DNA of 61,480 nt from Rhodothermales bacterium (lineage in GTDB: Bacteria > Bacteroidota > Rhodothermia > Rhodothermales > JANQRZ01), in contig JBBSMX010000005.1 in NCBI GenBank assembly GCA_038232935.1, positions 1 through 61,480 on the forward strand, written 5' to 3'. Made by a program: the position numbers and the translations under genes. Numbering within the stretch: position 1 is the stretch's first letter; every line of letters starts with the position of its first letter. Below are positions 19,609-29,568 of this stretch, one piece after another. The notes beneath the pieces were generated by a model that was given only the letters and a program-made list of their open reading frames with translations, made no database searches and was not told where the DNA came from.

Positions 19609-22044
19609 ATGGATTTACTCTCGATTCAGGATCACGAACCGCCGATGGGCGACACGGCGGGCCACCAACCGCTCGCGTTCAACCGCGCTATGTGGGCTAC
19701 TCCACTCGGCGGCGAGGACGAAGCTCCGGAACGCCGCATCATCCATGCTCGCGTCCTCCAACTGCACGCCCCGGCCCGGCTCGACCGCCTTGGGCTCCGC
19801 CGGGCGCAAGGGTATCACAAGTGCGGCAGCACCGTCGATCGGGATTGGGTGACGGCCTTTCGCGTTCGGCTATGGGACGGCGAGGCGTGGACCCTTCACC
19901 TCCGAGAAGAGGACGTTTCCCGCCCCGGCCCCGACGAGACGATCTGGTTCGGCCTGGGTGGTGTCGAAACTACGGCAGCCATAATTGAGGTGCGCCGCTG
20001 TGGCATCGATGGGTGGTGGCCGTCGTGGAATCTGACAGCGGGTGCGTTCGTACTGGAGGGCGAGTTGCTCGGCCCGCTCGCACCGCGCTGCGAAACCCTG
20101 CTCGACGTGACGGAGATCTCGCTCACCGGCCTCCCCGACGGCCTCGACGTGATCCACAAGTACGGCGAAGTCCGCTACCGCTCGGCCTCGCTCGATGTCG
20201 GCTTCTGCCTCAACCGCGCTGGCTTCTCGCACCTCGGCCTCGACGAAGACAGGACGGGCGCGACCGATGTAAACCTGCTCCGCCACGGCCCCGGCCTCTT
20301 CTTCCAGGGCCCGCAGCTTCACCCCGTCGGGAGCGCGCCGGTGGCGATGCCGTCGCTGCGCAACGCGGCGCACGGCACGACGCGCGTCCACGGCAACCGC
20401 GTCACCTATACCCTCACACTCGGCGAGACCGGCCAGCGCTACCGGCTCGCGTGGGAGATCCTACCCGACCGCCTCATCCTCCGCGCCGAGCGCGAAGCCG
20501 ACCGGCCGCTCCGTGCGTGGCGCTCGAACGCGTGGACGCTCGGGCTCGACTGCACGGCCGTCCCAGCGCATGTCGTCGGGGAGACGGTGCGGACGAGCGA
20601 GACCGGCCTCGTGCAGTTCCCCGCGTGGTGGCACGCGCCGAGCTTCGGCAGCTTCCTCCTCGGCGCCGACGGCGACGATGCGCTCCTCCGCTCCGACGCC
20701 GTCCGCCCCCTCGACATAACGACGGTGGAGTTCAAGCTCGGCGAGGAGCCACAGCCCGAGGGCGACTATCTCCTCCCCGCCGGCCGTTTCCAGGCGCACT
20801 TCGAGTGGCGGATCGGCCGGCCGGAGGTGGCACTGCGCGAGGACACACCGCGCGAAGTCGAGCGAGCCGTCGAGCGCTGCACGCTCACCGCGCTCACCTA
20901 CCGCGCCGACACGGCCACGCTCACGAACAACGGGGCCTCCATGCACTGCCCGATCTGCATGGACAACTGGTCGGCGTCGGCCGTGCGGATCGGCTCCGTG
21001 CTCCCACACCTCGACGCGCTCGACCTCGTACGCGACTCGCTGGAACGCTGGCTCGACGGCGGCCCCGGTTACACGAGCGGCCGTATCCAGCAGGAGGGCG
21101 AGATCCACGACGCCGAGGACGAATACATCATGACCGGCACGGCCTGCCTCCTCGGCCTCGCCGACTACCTCGAACACGCCGGCACCGCCGCGTGGCTCGC
21201 GCGCTACCACGACCCGATCCGCGTGCAGCTTGACAAGATGAAAGCGCGCGACGTGGACGGCGACGGGATCGTCGAGAGCACGTATCGCACCGGCGTCAGC
21301 GGCACCGCCCAGTGGAGCACGTGCTGGTTCGACGTCGTCTCGTACGGCTGGAAAGACGCCTTCAGCAACGCCCTCCTCTACCCCGCGCTCGTTCGCCTCA
21401 CCCGCCTCTTCCCCGCGCTCGACGCCCCCGACCTCGCCGATGGTCTGGACGATTGGGCCACGCGGCTGCACGACAGCTACACCCCGGCGTTTTACAACGA
21501 CGAAACCGGCTGGCTAGCCGGGTGGCGCTGTAAGGAGGACCAGCTTCACGACTGCGGCTTCCTCGCCCCCAACGGCGCGGCCGTCTGCGGCGGACTCCTC
21601 GACGACGCCCTCGCTCGGCAGGTGATGGCGCGGCTGTGGGACGAGAGCCTACGCGTCGGAATGCCGGATCCGTACCTCGGCTTGCCCGGGAATCTCTGGC
21701 CTGTCCCCGACGAGGACCTCGCCGACATCATGCAGGGCTACCCGCTCGGCTACTACCAGAACGGCGGGCGGACGCACTCGCAGGCCCGCCACTTCGTCGG
21801 CGCGCTCTACCGCGTCGGGATGACGCGCGAGGCCGACTACCTGCTCAGCCGCCTCTGTAAAGGCCTCGCCGATGCCGTCGTCTACGGCGGCTGCCGCAGC
21901 GGGCTCGACTGGCGCTACTGGGATGGCCGACCGTGCGGCTACGAAGGCCTGCTCACCGATCAGTTCGGCATCCTCTCCGTCGCGCTCGCCCGCTACGGTA
22001 CCGCTGGCGTCCCACTCGAGCGTGAGGTATTGGTCTCGGCCTGA
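19609..22044 (+). CDS. Six-hairpin (alpha/alpha)6 glycosidase-like protein, no signal peptide
   Basis: RDVDGDGIVE, W.D.V..G.KDAFSNAL.Y.AL, FYN.ETG and YQNGG motifs resemble GH78/GH116/GH63-like toroids; beta-rich N-terminus. Confidence 0.55.
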   Translation: MDLLSIQDHEPPMGDTAGHQPLAFNRAMWATPLGGEDEAPERRIIHARVLQLHAPARLDRLGLRRAQGYHKCGSTVDRDWVTAFRVRLWDGEAWTLHLREEDVSRPGPDETIWFGLGGVETTAAIIEVRRCGIDGWWPSWNLTAGAFVLEGELLGPLAPRCETLLDVTEISLTGLPDGLDVIHKYGEVRYRSASLDVGFCLNRAGFSHLGLDEDRTGATDVNLLRHGPGLFFQGPQLHPVGSAPVAMPSLRNAAHGTTRVHGNRVTYTLTLGETGQRYRLAWEILPDRLILRAEREADRPLRAWRSNAWTLGLDCTAVPAHVVGETVRTSETGLVQFPAWWHAPSFGSFLLGADGDDALLRSDAVRPLDITTVEFKLGEEPQPEGDYLLPAGRFQAHFEWRIGRPEVALREDTPREVERAVERCTLTALTYRADTATLTNNGASMHCPICMDNWSASAVRIGSVLPHLDALDLVRDSLERWLDGGPGYTSGRIQQEGEIHDAEDEYIMTGTACLLGLADYLEHAGTAAWLARYHDPIRVQLDKMKARDVDGDGIVESTYRTGVSGTAQWSTCWFDVVSYGWKDAFSNALLYPALVRLTRLFPALDAPDLADGLDDWATRLHDSYTPAFYNDETGWLAGWRCKEDQLHDCGFLAPNGAAVCGGLLDDALARQVMARLWDESLRVGMPDPYLGLPGNLWPVPDEDLADIMQGYPLGYYQNGGRTHSQARHFVGALYRVGMTREADYLLSRLCKGLADAVVYGGCRSGLDWRYWDGRPCGYEGLLTDQFGILSVALARYGTAGVPLEREVLVSA

Positions 22045-22077
22045 ACGTCGAAATGCCACCGCGCTGTAAACCCGCGG

Positions 22078-24531
22078 TTAAGGCTCGAACCAGGGTCGCA
22101 TGGCCTGGGCTTGGCGCTCTGTCCACGGCCCCGCCTCGTAGGCCGCTTGCAGCACGCGATACGAAGTCTCATCGGCCAGCAGGGACTGGATCTCGGCCGT
22201 GGCGGGTCCATTCAGGTGCCGGTTGAAGTACATCGCAGCGTCGAGCAGATACGCCGCGACACGATCGTCGAAGTAGCCGAGCCGGTCGAGCGCCGCGAAG
22301 GATTGAAGCCGTGTGCGAAAGCCCTGCGACGGCGCTGCATATTCGACCAGGTCATCGATGGCATCAGAGTGACCCGCCCGCACTGCGACTTCCAGCCACG
22401 CGAGCCGCACGTTATGGTCATGACCAACGACATCACTCGTCCGATGCAGGTAGGCCTCCCGGTCGTTGGGCCGCTCGGCCGCGAGACGCGTGAGCGCCGT
22501 GGCTACGTTCCGATACGACGAATCGGCCAGCGCCTGCTCGAAGCCATCCACCAACGATTCCGGGATCGTCGGGACGTTCTCCAGCACGGCACCCCGGACG
22601 ACTGCTTCCGGGTCGGCGAGCCCGGCGGCTATCGTGGACACGCTCTCGGGATCTGCGGCGAGCTGCTGGATCACTTCGGCCCGGACCTCGCCGAACGGCT
22701 CGCGGGCGAACACCTCGGCAAGCGCCGCCCGCTTCTCGGCGACGGGCACCTCGGCGAGCGCGACGACGGCGTCGTACCGGTCGATCATGTGCGGGGCGCG
22801 GAGCGCTTGGGCTGTCAGTTCCTCCACACTGCGCTCGAAGGTCAGCGTCTTGAGCACCCGGTCCTGCGGATCGAACAGCACGAAGTCGATGGCTTTGGCG
22901 CCCGGGTTCGCCACCCGAACACTAGTCCCGAGCCCCTCGACCCATTCTCGCTCGCTCGACTTTGTGCCGTCGGTGTAATGCACCTCGACGCGGATCGGCA
23001 TGCGGAAGGTGCCGAGGAGTGGACTCGTCGGCTGAATCTGGTCGATGGTGACGTCGGTGTAGGCCCCGCCTCCGGCTTCCTCGCTCGCCCGATACGCCAC
23101 GTGGTAGTGCGGCTCGCCGCCGTGCTCGATCCACTCGTCGAAGCACCAGTCGAGGTCGAGCCCCAGCACCTCCTCGAACGCTTGGTAGAAGTCGGCGGTC
23201 GTCACATTCGCGTAGGCGTGCTCGGTCAGGTACTGCTGGATCACGTAGTCGAACGATTCGTCGCCGATGACGTCGCGGAGCATGTCGAGCACGAGCGATC
23301 CTTTGTAATAGACCAGGATTCCGGCGCGCGTGTGGTGGATCGGGATCGGCCCCGTCGTCGAATCGCTCAGGGCTTGGTCTCGCTCGATCTTCCGGTTCCA
23401 CTCGTAGTGGTCTTCACCGAACAGCGCGCGCTCGACCCGCTTGGCGTAGTGCGTCGCGAAGCTCTCGTGCAGCCAGACGTCCTCGTTCGCCGCCATCGTG
23501 ACGTCGTCGCCGAACCACTGGTGCGCCATTTCGTGGGCGAGGACGGTCGTGCTGCTCTTGTCCAACGCGGCGCGCGCATCGACGTAGTAGAAGTCGCTGA
23601 GGATGGTGGCCGTCGTGTTCTCCATCCCGCCGTGGAGGAAATCGTTGACGGGAAGCTGGGCATAGCTCGGCCACGGATACGGAACGCCCGTCTCCGCTTC
23701 CAGCAAGTCCATCATGCGCGCCGAGGCGCCGTAGGTAGGGGCGACGCGGTCGGGCTGATCCGGGTAGTAGTAATTCCGTATCGGCACGCCTCGAGTCGAG
23801 GTCGTTTCCTGCACACCGTACCGACCGATTCCGAGCATCATCAGGTAGCTCGCGTGCGGCGCAGTCATCCGGTAATGCCAGGTACGCGTGCCGTCCTCGT
23901 TCTCTATGATTTCCATCCGCTCACCGTTGGACAGCACCTCATAGTCGTCGTCGAACGTGACGAACATTTCGGTGACGAGCTTGTCGCTGGGGGTATCGTA
24001 GAGCGGCACCCAGTACTGATTGCCCGGCCCCTGACCCTGCGACCAGATCTGCCGACGGCTCACGCCCTCCGGCTCGTTCCACCCGACGAAATAGAGGCCC
24101 CTTCGAGGCTCCGCGGTGTAGGTGATCTGCAAGGAATCCACCTGCTGCCACACGAGCGGATGCGCGGGGTAGATGCTGATGCCGCCGGGCCAGACCGCGT
24201 GCGCGACGGGCTGCCCGTTGAGCAGCACCTCCTGATAATCGATCTCCGGCCCGTCGAGGTAGAGCGAGTCAAGGCTCGGCCGCAACGGGGCAAATACGTG
24301 CGTCACCGTGCCGTGCACGCGCCCCTGCTCTGGCTCGAACGAGAGCCACACGGTCATCCGCTGCTGGTCGATCACGCGCTCGCGCGCCCCGGCGCCGGGA
24401 TCGGCCACGTAGCTCTTCACCGGCAGAGGCTTCTGGCTGGGCTGGGCATGAACCAGCGACGGCCAGAGCCACGGCAGCACGACGAGCCCCAACGTGACGA
24501 CCACCCGACAGCGCGGAGCAGAAGACATCAT
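22078..24531 (-). CDS. Secreted M1 family zinc aminopeptidase with C-terminal HEAT-like repeats
   Basis: GGMEN and HEMAH-18-E (WLHESFA) motifs, YYKG, signal peptide ending in VHA-Q; start about 24531. Confidence 0.9.
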   Translation of the reverse strand: MMSSAPRCRVVVTLGLVVLPWLWPSLVHAQPSQKPLPVKSYVADPGAGARERVIDQQRMTVWLSFEPEQGRVHGTVTHVFAPLRPSLDSLYLDGPEIDYQEVLLNGQPVAHAVWPGGISIYPAHPLVWQQVDSLQITYTAEPRRGLYFVGWNEPEGVSRRQIWSQGQGPGNQYWVPLYDTPSDKLVTEMFVTFDDDYEVLSNGERMEIIENEDGTRTWHYRMTAPHASYLMMLGIGRYGVQETTSTRGVPIRNYYYPDQPDRVAPTYGASARMMDLLEAETGVPYPWPSYAQLPVNDFLHGGMENTTATILSDFYYVDARAALDKSSTTVLAHEMAHQWFGDDVTMAANEDVWLHESFATHYAKRVERALFGEDHYEWNRKIERDQALSDSTTGPIPIHHTRAGILVYYKGSLVLDMLRDVIGDESFDYVIQQYLTEHAYANVTTADFYQAFEEVLGLDLDWCFDEWIEHGGEPHYHVAYRASEEAGGGAYTDVTIDQIQPTSPLLGTFRMPIRVEVHYTDGTKSSEREWVEGLGTSVRVANPGAKAIDFVLFDPQDRVLKTLTFERSVEELTAQALRAPHMIDRYDAVVALAEVPVAEKRAALAEVFAREPFGEVRAEVIQQLAADPESVSTIAAGLADPEAVVRGAVLENVPTIPESLVDGFEQALADSSYRNVATALTRLAAERPNDREAYLHRTSDVVGHDHNVRLAWLEVAVRAGHSDAIDDLVEYAAPSQGFRTRLQSFAALDRLGYFDDRVAAYLLDAAMYFNRHLNGPATAEIQSLLADETSYRVLQAAYEAGPWTERQAQAMRPWFEP

Positions 24532-24556
24532 TCCATGCGATTGAGCCCGCTCAACT

Positions 24557-25654
24557 TCAGGCGATGGACGTGACCTCGGAGGCCTCGCTGGGCGCGTCGA
24601 CCTCGCGGCCGAGGAATAGGTCGCGACCGGCAGCGAGTGCTTCGATCTTGCGGTCGGCAATAGAGCGCTTGAGCATCCAGAAGCCGCAGTCCGGATGGAT
24701 CCAGCGGATGCGTCCGTCGCCTACCGCGTCTACGGCCCGCTCGATCCGTCCGGCGATCTCCTCCGGCGTCTCGACGTGGTTCACCTTGATATCTACGACA
24801 CCGATCCCGAGCGCGATGCGATCGTCGATGTCCTTCAGCGCTTCGAGGTCGCTCTCGGGACGGTGGGCGAGTTCGAGGACGAGGTGGTCGCAGTGGAGGC
24901 TGTTGAGGAAGTCGGTGAGCTTCTGCCACGAGCCGGCCTGGATCGTCTGCCCGCCGTAGTTACCGAAGCAGAAGTGCACGGCGCGCTCGCCTTCGACGCG
25001 GTCGAGGATACGGTTGATGGCCTCACTCGCGAGCGGCGCGTACTCCGGGCTACCGGGGATGTTGGCCTCGTCCACCTGCACGCACGCGCACGGCAGGCCG
25101 CCGACCTGATCGGCGAGCACGTCGGCGATGGCGAGCGTGAGCTGCTCGAAGTCGTTGCAGTGCCGGTCGAGGAGCGTGCGGGCGAGCATGAACGGGCTCG
25201 TCAGCGTGAACTTGAACGCGCCCCCGGCCACCGACGCTGACCGCGCGCAGGCTTCGTAGAGGTCGAGGCTCCCCTCGCCGAGCGCGTCCACGACGACGCC
25301 GGCAGGCTTCCGGCGGAAGCTCATCTCCTGCTTCTCGCGGAACGCCCGCCCGTCCGAGATCCCGACATCCATCGAGATGCCGCCCATCCGGCTGATGAAG
25401 TACTCGATCATCCCGTTCGTGTCGGGGTGGTTCGGGTCGAAGCGGTAGAGTTCGCCGTCGGTCGGGAGGTCGATCCCGGCACGGCGCTGCGTGTTGATGA
25501 CCACGCTCGTCGCGTCGACGACGGCCTGCTCACTCGGGAGTGCGGCGAGCCAGTCGATGGGCGAGTACGAGCCGACCGTCGTAGTGAGGATCTCGGGCGA
25601 GGTCGGAAGGGTCTGGTCGGGGAGGTCGCGGTGGTGCTGCGTGGCGAGGGCCAT
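24557..25654 (-). CDS. Cobalamin-independent methionine synthase catalytic-domain-only protein (MetE C-terminal / Meth_synt_2)
   Basis: TTTVGSY, TDGE..R, VQVDE; Zn ligands HFC, E (LVLEL) and PDCG; 365 aa with no N-terminal folate-binding barrel. Confidence 0.85.
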   Translation of the reverse strand: MALATQHHRDLPDQTLPTSPEILTTTVGSYSPIDWLAALPSEQAVVDATSVVINTQRRAGIDLPTDGELYRFDPNHPDTNGMIEYFISRMGGISMDVGISDGRAFREKQEMSFRRKPAGVVVDALGEGSLDLYEACARSASVAGGAFKFTLTSPFMLARTLLDRHCNDFEQLTLAIADVLADQVGGLPCACVQVDEANIPGSPEYAPLASEAINRILDRVEGERAVHFCFGNYGGQTIQAGSWQKLTDFLNSLHCDHLVLELAHRPESDLEALKDIDDRIALGIGVVDIKVNHVETPEEIAGRIERAVDAVGDGRIRWIHPDCGFWMLKRSIADRKIEALAAGRDLFLGREVDAPSEASEVTSIA

Positions 25655-25690
25655 GAGAGCGGAAAATTTGAGCGTGGGCGGAATGGAGAG

Positions 25691-26725
25691 TCAGACGGAA
25701 GCCGTTTCGGCGAGGTGCTCCTGAAGGAAGCCGCGGAATGATTTCTGGAACGTGTTGGCGAGCGTGTCGCCGGGCGAGACGAGCACGCCCCACCCGCCGC
25801 GCGCCGGGCTGATCGGGACCTCGGCGGGCGACTGCCGCTCGCACATGAAGCGGTCTTCCTCCAGCACACTCGTCGAGAACGCGACCTGATCTTCGAGCCC
25901 CGGCCCGTCGAAGTCCTCGGGCTGGGCGAGCGCCCAAAAGACCGTGCAGCGGTCGTGCGTGTTGGGGCTCGGGATGTGGACGAGCATCCGCTCGTCGCCG
26001 TCCTCGAAGGTCTGGCGGATGGTGGTGAAGTTGGGGAGGTAGCAGCGCTGGTGGCGCTCGTGGGCGCTCTGGAGCTTCGAGGGCTCCTGCCCCGGCGCCT
26101 CCAGCGCGGGAAACGGCGCTTTCATCTCGAATCCGTCGTCGAGCCGGTTGATCTCCATCGGCGGGAGGACGACGTCGGCGGCGGCCCCGAGCGTGGTGCC
26201 ATGGGCGAACGCGAAGTGCGTCATGTCGAGGTAGTTCTCGATCTCGCGGCGGAAACCGCACCCGAACACCATCGGCTCGGCAAGGAGGTAGCGCCATCCG
26301 TCGCGTCCTTCGAACTCGGGGATGTCCGGGAGCGGCGCAGCCTCATCCGCGTCGAGCTTGACCCACACGATGCCGTAGCGCTCCTGCACGTCGAACGTCT
26401 CCAGCGAGGCTTTGTCGAGCAGCCGCTGCGGCGGATCCGGGAGGGACGGCACGCCGACGCACTGCCCGCTCGGCCCCCACTGCCAACCGTGGTACGCGCA
26501 TGTCAGCCGTCCCTCCGCGAGGTGCCCGCAGCTCAGCTTCATCCCTTTGTGCGGGCACGCGTCGAGCGTCGCGAGCAGCGTCCCGTCCTCGAACCGAACG
26601 ACCGCGATGTCCTCACCGAGTAGCGTGTAGCTGATCGCCTTTCCGACTCCGAGGTCGCGCGACAGCCCGACGGGCTGCCACGTGGTGCGGAGGACTTGAA
26701 ACGGGGCGTCTTCGGAGATATCCAT
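25691..26725 (-). CDS. Rieske non-heme iron oxygenase alpha subunit (VanA/NdmA demethylase-like)
   Basis: Rieske ligands CPH...CAYHGW; mononuclear Fe motif ENYLD..H...H; distal ED...E.Q. Confidence 0.88.
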   Translation of the reverse strand: MDISEDAPFQVLRTTWQPVGLSRDLGVGKAISYTLLGEDIAVVRFEDGTLLATLDACPHKGMKLSCGHLAEGRLTCAYHGWQWGPSGQCVGVPSLPDPPQRLLDKASLETFDVQERYGIVWVKLDADEAAPLPDIPEFEGRDGWRYLLAEPMVFGCGFRREIENYLDMTHFAFAHGTTLGAAADVVLPPMEINRLDDGFEMKAPFPALEAPGQEPSKLQSAHERHQRCYLPNFTTIRQTFEDGDERMLVHIPSPNTHDRCTVFWALAQPEDFDGPGLEDQVAFSTSVLEEDRFMCERQSPAEVPISPARGGWGVLVSPGDTLANTFQKSFRGFLQEHLAETASV

Positions 26726-26770
26726 AGCGGGTGGTCGGTGCGTTGGAGAGAAGCGGTCGGGCGGCAGCGG

Positions 26771-27535
26771 TCAGGTGGCGGGGACGAGCTCCTGCACGTC
26801 GGCACGCTCGACCCAGCTATCGGCGGCGGCGAAGTGGGTGGCGAAGGCGCGGCGGACGCGGTCTTTCGAGCGGTTGGCGTAGGAGCCGTGGATCGTGTAG
26901 CCGGAGAAGAAGACCCCCGCACCCTTCGGCACCGTCAGCCGCTCGATCTCACTCTCGTCGAGCCCCTCGATGTCGAACGAATAGAAGCGCTGCGTCCACT
27001 TGCGGCCGTCGCGGCTGCGCATGAGGTGGTCGGTCTCCCAGGCGTCGTGCTCCTCGGTGTCGTCGTTCTTCTGCGGCTCATAGAGGCCGGCGTGGTGGCT
27101 GCCGGGGACGACGCACAGCCCGCCGTTGCCGGCGTCGGTGTCGTTCATCGCGATCCAGCACGCCATCAGCGTCGGCGGCTCGGTCGGGAGGTAATGGAGA
27201 TCCTGGTGGAGCGCGATCCCCTTGCTGCCGACCTCGGCGTCGCCGGCGGGCTTCCGCTCCATGTACATCGTCTGCACGAGCATCGGATCGTCCCCGTGGA
27301 GGAGTTGCCGGGCGATCCTGACGACGTTGGGATGCTTCGCGATGTGCGCCCACCGTTCGTCGTCAACGTGGTGGCGGAGATTCTCGCGCCAGCCTTCGGG
27401 CTTCTCGCCGGACTCGTAGGCGACGAAGGCGTCCACCTCGTCGTCGGTCAGCAGGTCGTGGACGATGAGGTATCCGTTGCGCTCGTACTGCGCGATCTGC
27501 GAGTCGTTCAGCGTCATCGGTTCGGTCGTGTGCAT
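26771..27535 (-). CDS. Phytanoyl-CoA dioxygenase (PhyH) family Fe(II)/2-oxoglutarate dioxygenase
   Basis: YERNGYL, HQD, CWIAM, NGGL.VVPGSH, IHGS..N and RRA motifs; start 27535 (or 27517). Confidence 0.88.
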   Translation of the reverse strand: MHTTEPMTLNDSQIAQYERNGYLIVHDLLTDDEVDAFVAYESGEKPEGWRENLRHHVDDERWAHIAKHPNVVRIARQLLHGDDPMLVQTMYMERKPAGDAEVGSKGIALHQDLHYLPTEPPTLMACWIAMNDTDAGNGGLCVVPGSHHAGLYEPQKNDDTEEHDAWETDHLMRSRDGRKWTQRFYSFDIEGLDESEIERLTVPKGAGVFFSGYTIHGSYANRSKDRVRRAFATHFAAADSWVERADVQELVPAT

Positions 27536-27549
27536 GGCTGTGGGGAGGT

Positions 27550-28329
27550 TTAGAGTCGAGGGAGCGTGAGGCCGCCGTCCACCATCACGACTTGACCGGT
27601 GGAATACGCGAGGTCGCCGCGCGCGAGCATCGCGACGGCTTTGCCGACATCCTCGGGCTCGCCCCAGCGCGGCTGCACGAGGATGCCCTCGGCGATGAGC
27701 TTGTCGTACTTCGCCGTCACGCCCGCCGTCATGTCGCTCCGCGTGATGCCCGGGCGGACCTCGTAGACCGGAATGCCGAACTCGCCGAGGCGGGCGGCCC
27801 AGAGCTGCGTCGCCATCCCGATGCCCGCCTTCGAAATGCAGTACTCGCCGCGATTCGTCGACGCCATCGTGGCCGATATCGAGCCGATGTTGATGATCGC
27901 GGCGCGGAAGTCCGGGTCGGACTCCTGCTGCTCGATCATCCAGTTCGCGGAGGCTTGGGTGAGGAAATACGGCCCTTTGAGGTTGATCCCCATCACCCAG
28001 TCGTAGCTCTCCTCCGTCGCATCTAGGAGGTCGTTCCGCTCGCGCGGCCCGACCCCCGCGTTGTTGACGAGCACGTCGAGCCGCCCGAAGTGCTCGCGTA
28101 CGGTGGCGACGAGCTCGGCTCGGTCCACCTGCTTGCCCATGTCGGCGGAGACGTAGAGTACCTCGGCACCGAGGGTGCGGAGCGATTCGAGCGCCTCGCC
28201 GAGCTGTGCTTCGTGGCGGCGGCCACACAGGGCGAGGTCGAAGCCTTCGCGGGCGAGGGCTTCGGAGATGCCGTAGCCGATGCCGCTGGCTCCGCCGGTG
28301 ACGAGCGCGACGCGGGAAGAGGAAGCCAT
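27550..28329 (-). CDS. Short-chain dehydrogenase/reductase
   Basis: TGGASGIG, NNAG, YCISK and PG motifs. Confidence 0.9.
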   Translation of the reverse strand: MASSSRVALVTGGASGIGYGISEALAREGFDLALCGRRHEAQLGEALESLRTLGAEVLYVSADMGKQVDRAELVATVREHFGRLDVLVNNAGVGPRERNDLLDATEESYDWVMGINLKGPYFLTQASANWMIEQQESDPDFRAAIINIGSISATMASTNRGEYCISKAGIGMATQLWAARLGEFGIPVYEVRPGITRSDMTAGVTAKYDKLIAEGILVQPRWGEPEDVGKAVAMLARGDLAYSTGQVVMVDGGLTLPRL

Positions 28330-28355
28330 GAGAGAGTCCGTTTACGGGAGCGCGG

Positions 28356-29546
28356 TCAGACGAGGGCGGGTACGTCCACCCAGCAGCGCTCCTTCCACGA
28401 TTCCAGCCCAAGCTCGGCGAGTTGGACGCCCTTCGCGCCTTCGAGCAGACCGAAGCGGTACGGCTCGTCGGCGACGACGTAGCGGAGGAACATCTCCCAC
28501 TGCACCTTGAAGGCGTTCTCGTAGTCGCGCTGGGCGGGGACCTTCAGCCAGCCGTTGTAGAAGTCGATGGGCTGCGGGATGTCGGGATTCCAGACCGGCT
28601 TCGGCGTGTTGCCGTAGCTCTGCGTCCAGCACTCGCGGAGGCCGGCAATCGCCGATCCTTTCGTGCCGTCCACCTGAATCGTGAGGAGGTCGTCTCGGCG
28701 GACGCGGACCGTCCACGACGAGTTGAAGTGGGCGACGATGCCGCCTTCTAGCTCGAACGTGGCGTAGGCGCTGTCGTCGGCGGTGACGGCGTATGCCTGC
28801 CCTTTCTCGTCCCACCGCTTGCCGACATGCGTCGCGCCGAGGCAGGTGAGCGAACGGACGGGGGCGAACACGTTGTCGAGCACGTAGCGCCAGTGGCAGA
28901 GCATGTCGAGGATAATGCCGCCGCCATCTTCCTCACGGTAGTTCCACGACGGCCGCTGGGCGGGCACCACGTCGCCCTCGAACACCCAGTAGCCGAACTC
29001 GCCGCGCACGGAGAGGATCTCGCCGAAGAACCCGGTGTCGCGGAGCATCTGGAGCTTGAGGAGACCAGGCAGCCACAGCTTGTCCTGCACCACGCCGTGT
29101 TTGATGCCGGTGGCCTCGGCCCGCCGGTAGAGGTCGAGCGCGGCCTCGGTCGTGAGTGCCGTCGGCTTCTCGCAATAGACGTGCTTGCCCATCTCGATGG
29201 CACGCTTCACAGCCTCGACACGGCGGTCGGTCGTCTGCGCGTCGAAGTAGACGATGTTGTGGTCATCGGCGAGGGCCTCTTCGACGTCCGTCGTCCACTT
29301 CTCGACGCCGGTGCGCTCGGCGAGGGCGGCGAGCTTGACGGGGTTGCGCCCGACGAGCGTCGGGTCGGGCATGATGACCTCGCGGTCGCTGAGCTTGATG
29401 CCGCCCTGGTCGATGATGGCTTTGATCGAGCGGAGGAGGTGCTGGTTCGTGCCCATGCGCCCCGTCACGCCGTTCATGACGATGCCGACCGTGTGCACGG
29501 TGGCGTCGCCGGTTTCGGATCGGGAGAGGGTTGCTTGTTCGGCCAT
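28356..29546 (-). CDS. Gfo/Idh/MocA family oxidoreductase
   Basis: GIVMNGVTGRMG.NQHL, HVYCEKP and GGGIILDM..HW motifs. Confidence 0.88.
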   Translation of the reverse strand: MAEQATLSRSETGDATVHTVGIVMNGVTGRMGTNQHLLRSIKAIIDQGGIKLSDREVIMPDPTLVGRNPVKLAALAERTGVEKWTTDVEEALADDHNIVYFDAQTTDRRVEAVKRAIEMGKHVYCEKPTALTTEAALDLYRRAEATGIKHGVVQDKLWLPGLLKLQMLRDTGFFGEILSVRGEFGYWVFEGDVVPAQRPSWNYREEDGGGIILDMLCHWRYVLDNVFAPVRSLTCLGATHVGKRWDEKGQAYAVTADDSAYATFELEGGIVAHFNSSWTVRVRRDDLLTIQVDGTKGSAIAGLRECWTQSYGNTPKPVWNPDIPQPIDFYNGWLKVPAQRDYENAFKVQWEMFLRYVVADEPYRFGLLEGAKGVQLAELGLESWKERCWVDVPALV

Positions 29547-29568
29547 GCGGATTACTCGTGGAGATACT

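Noticed and set aside
24557..25654. Truncated metE pseudogene
   Set aside because: Own start, all Zn ligands intact, and length typical of stand-alone catalytic-domain families.
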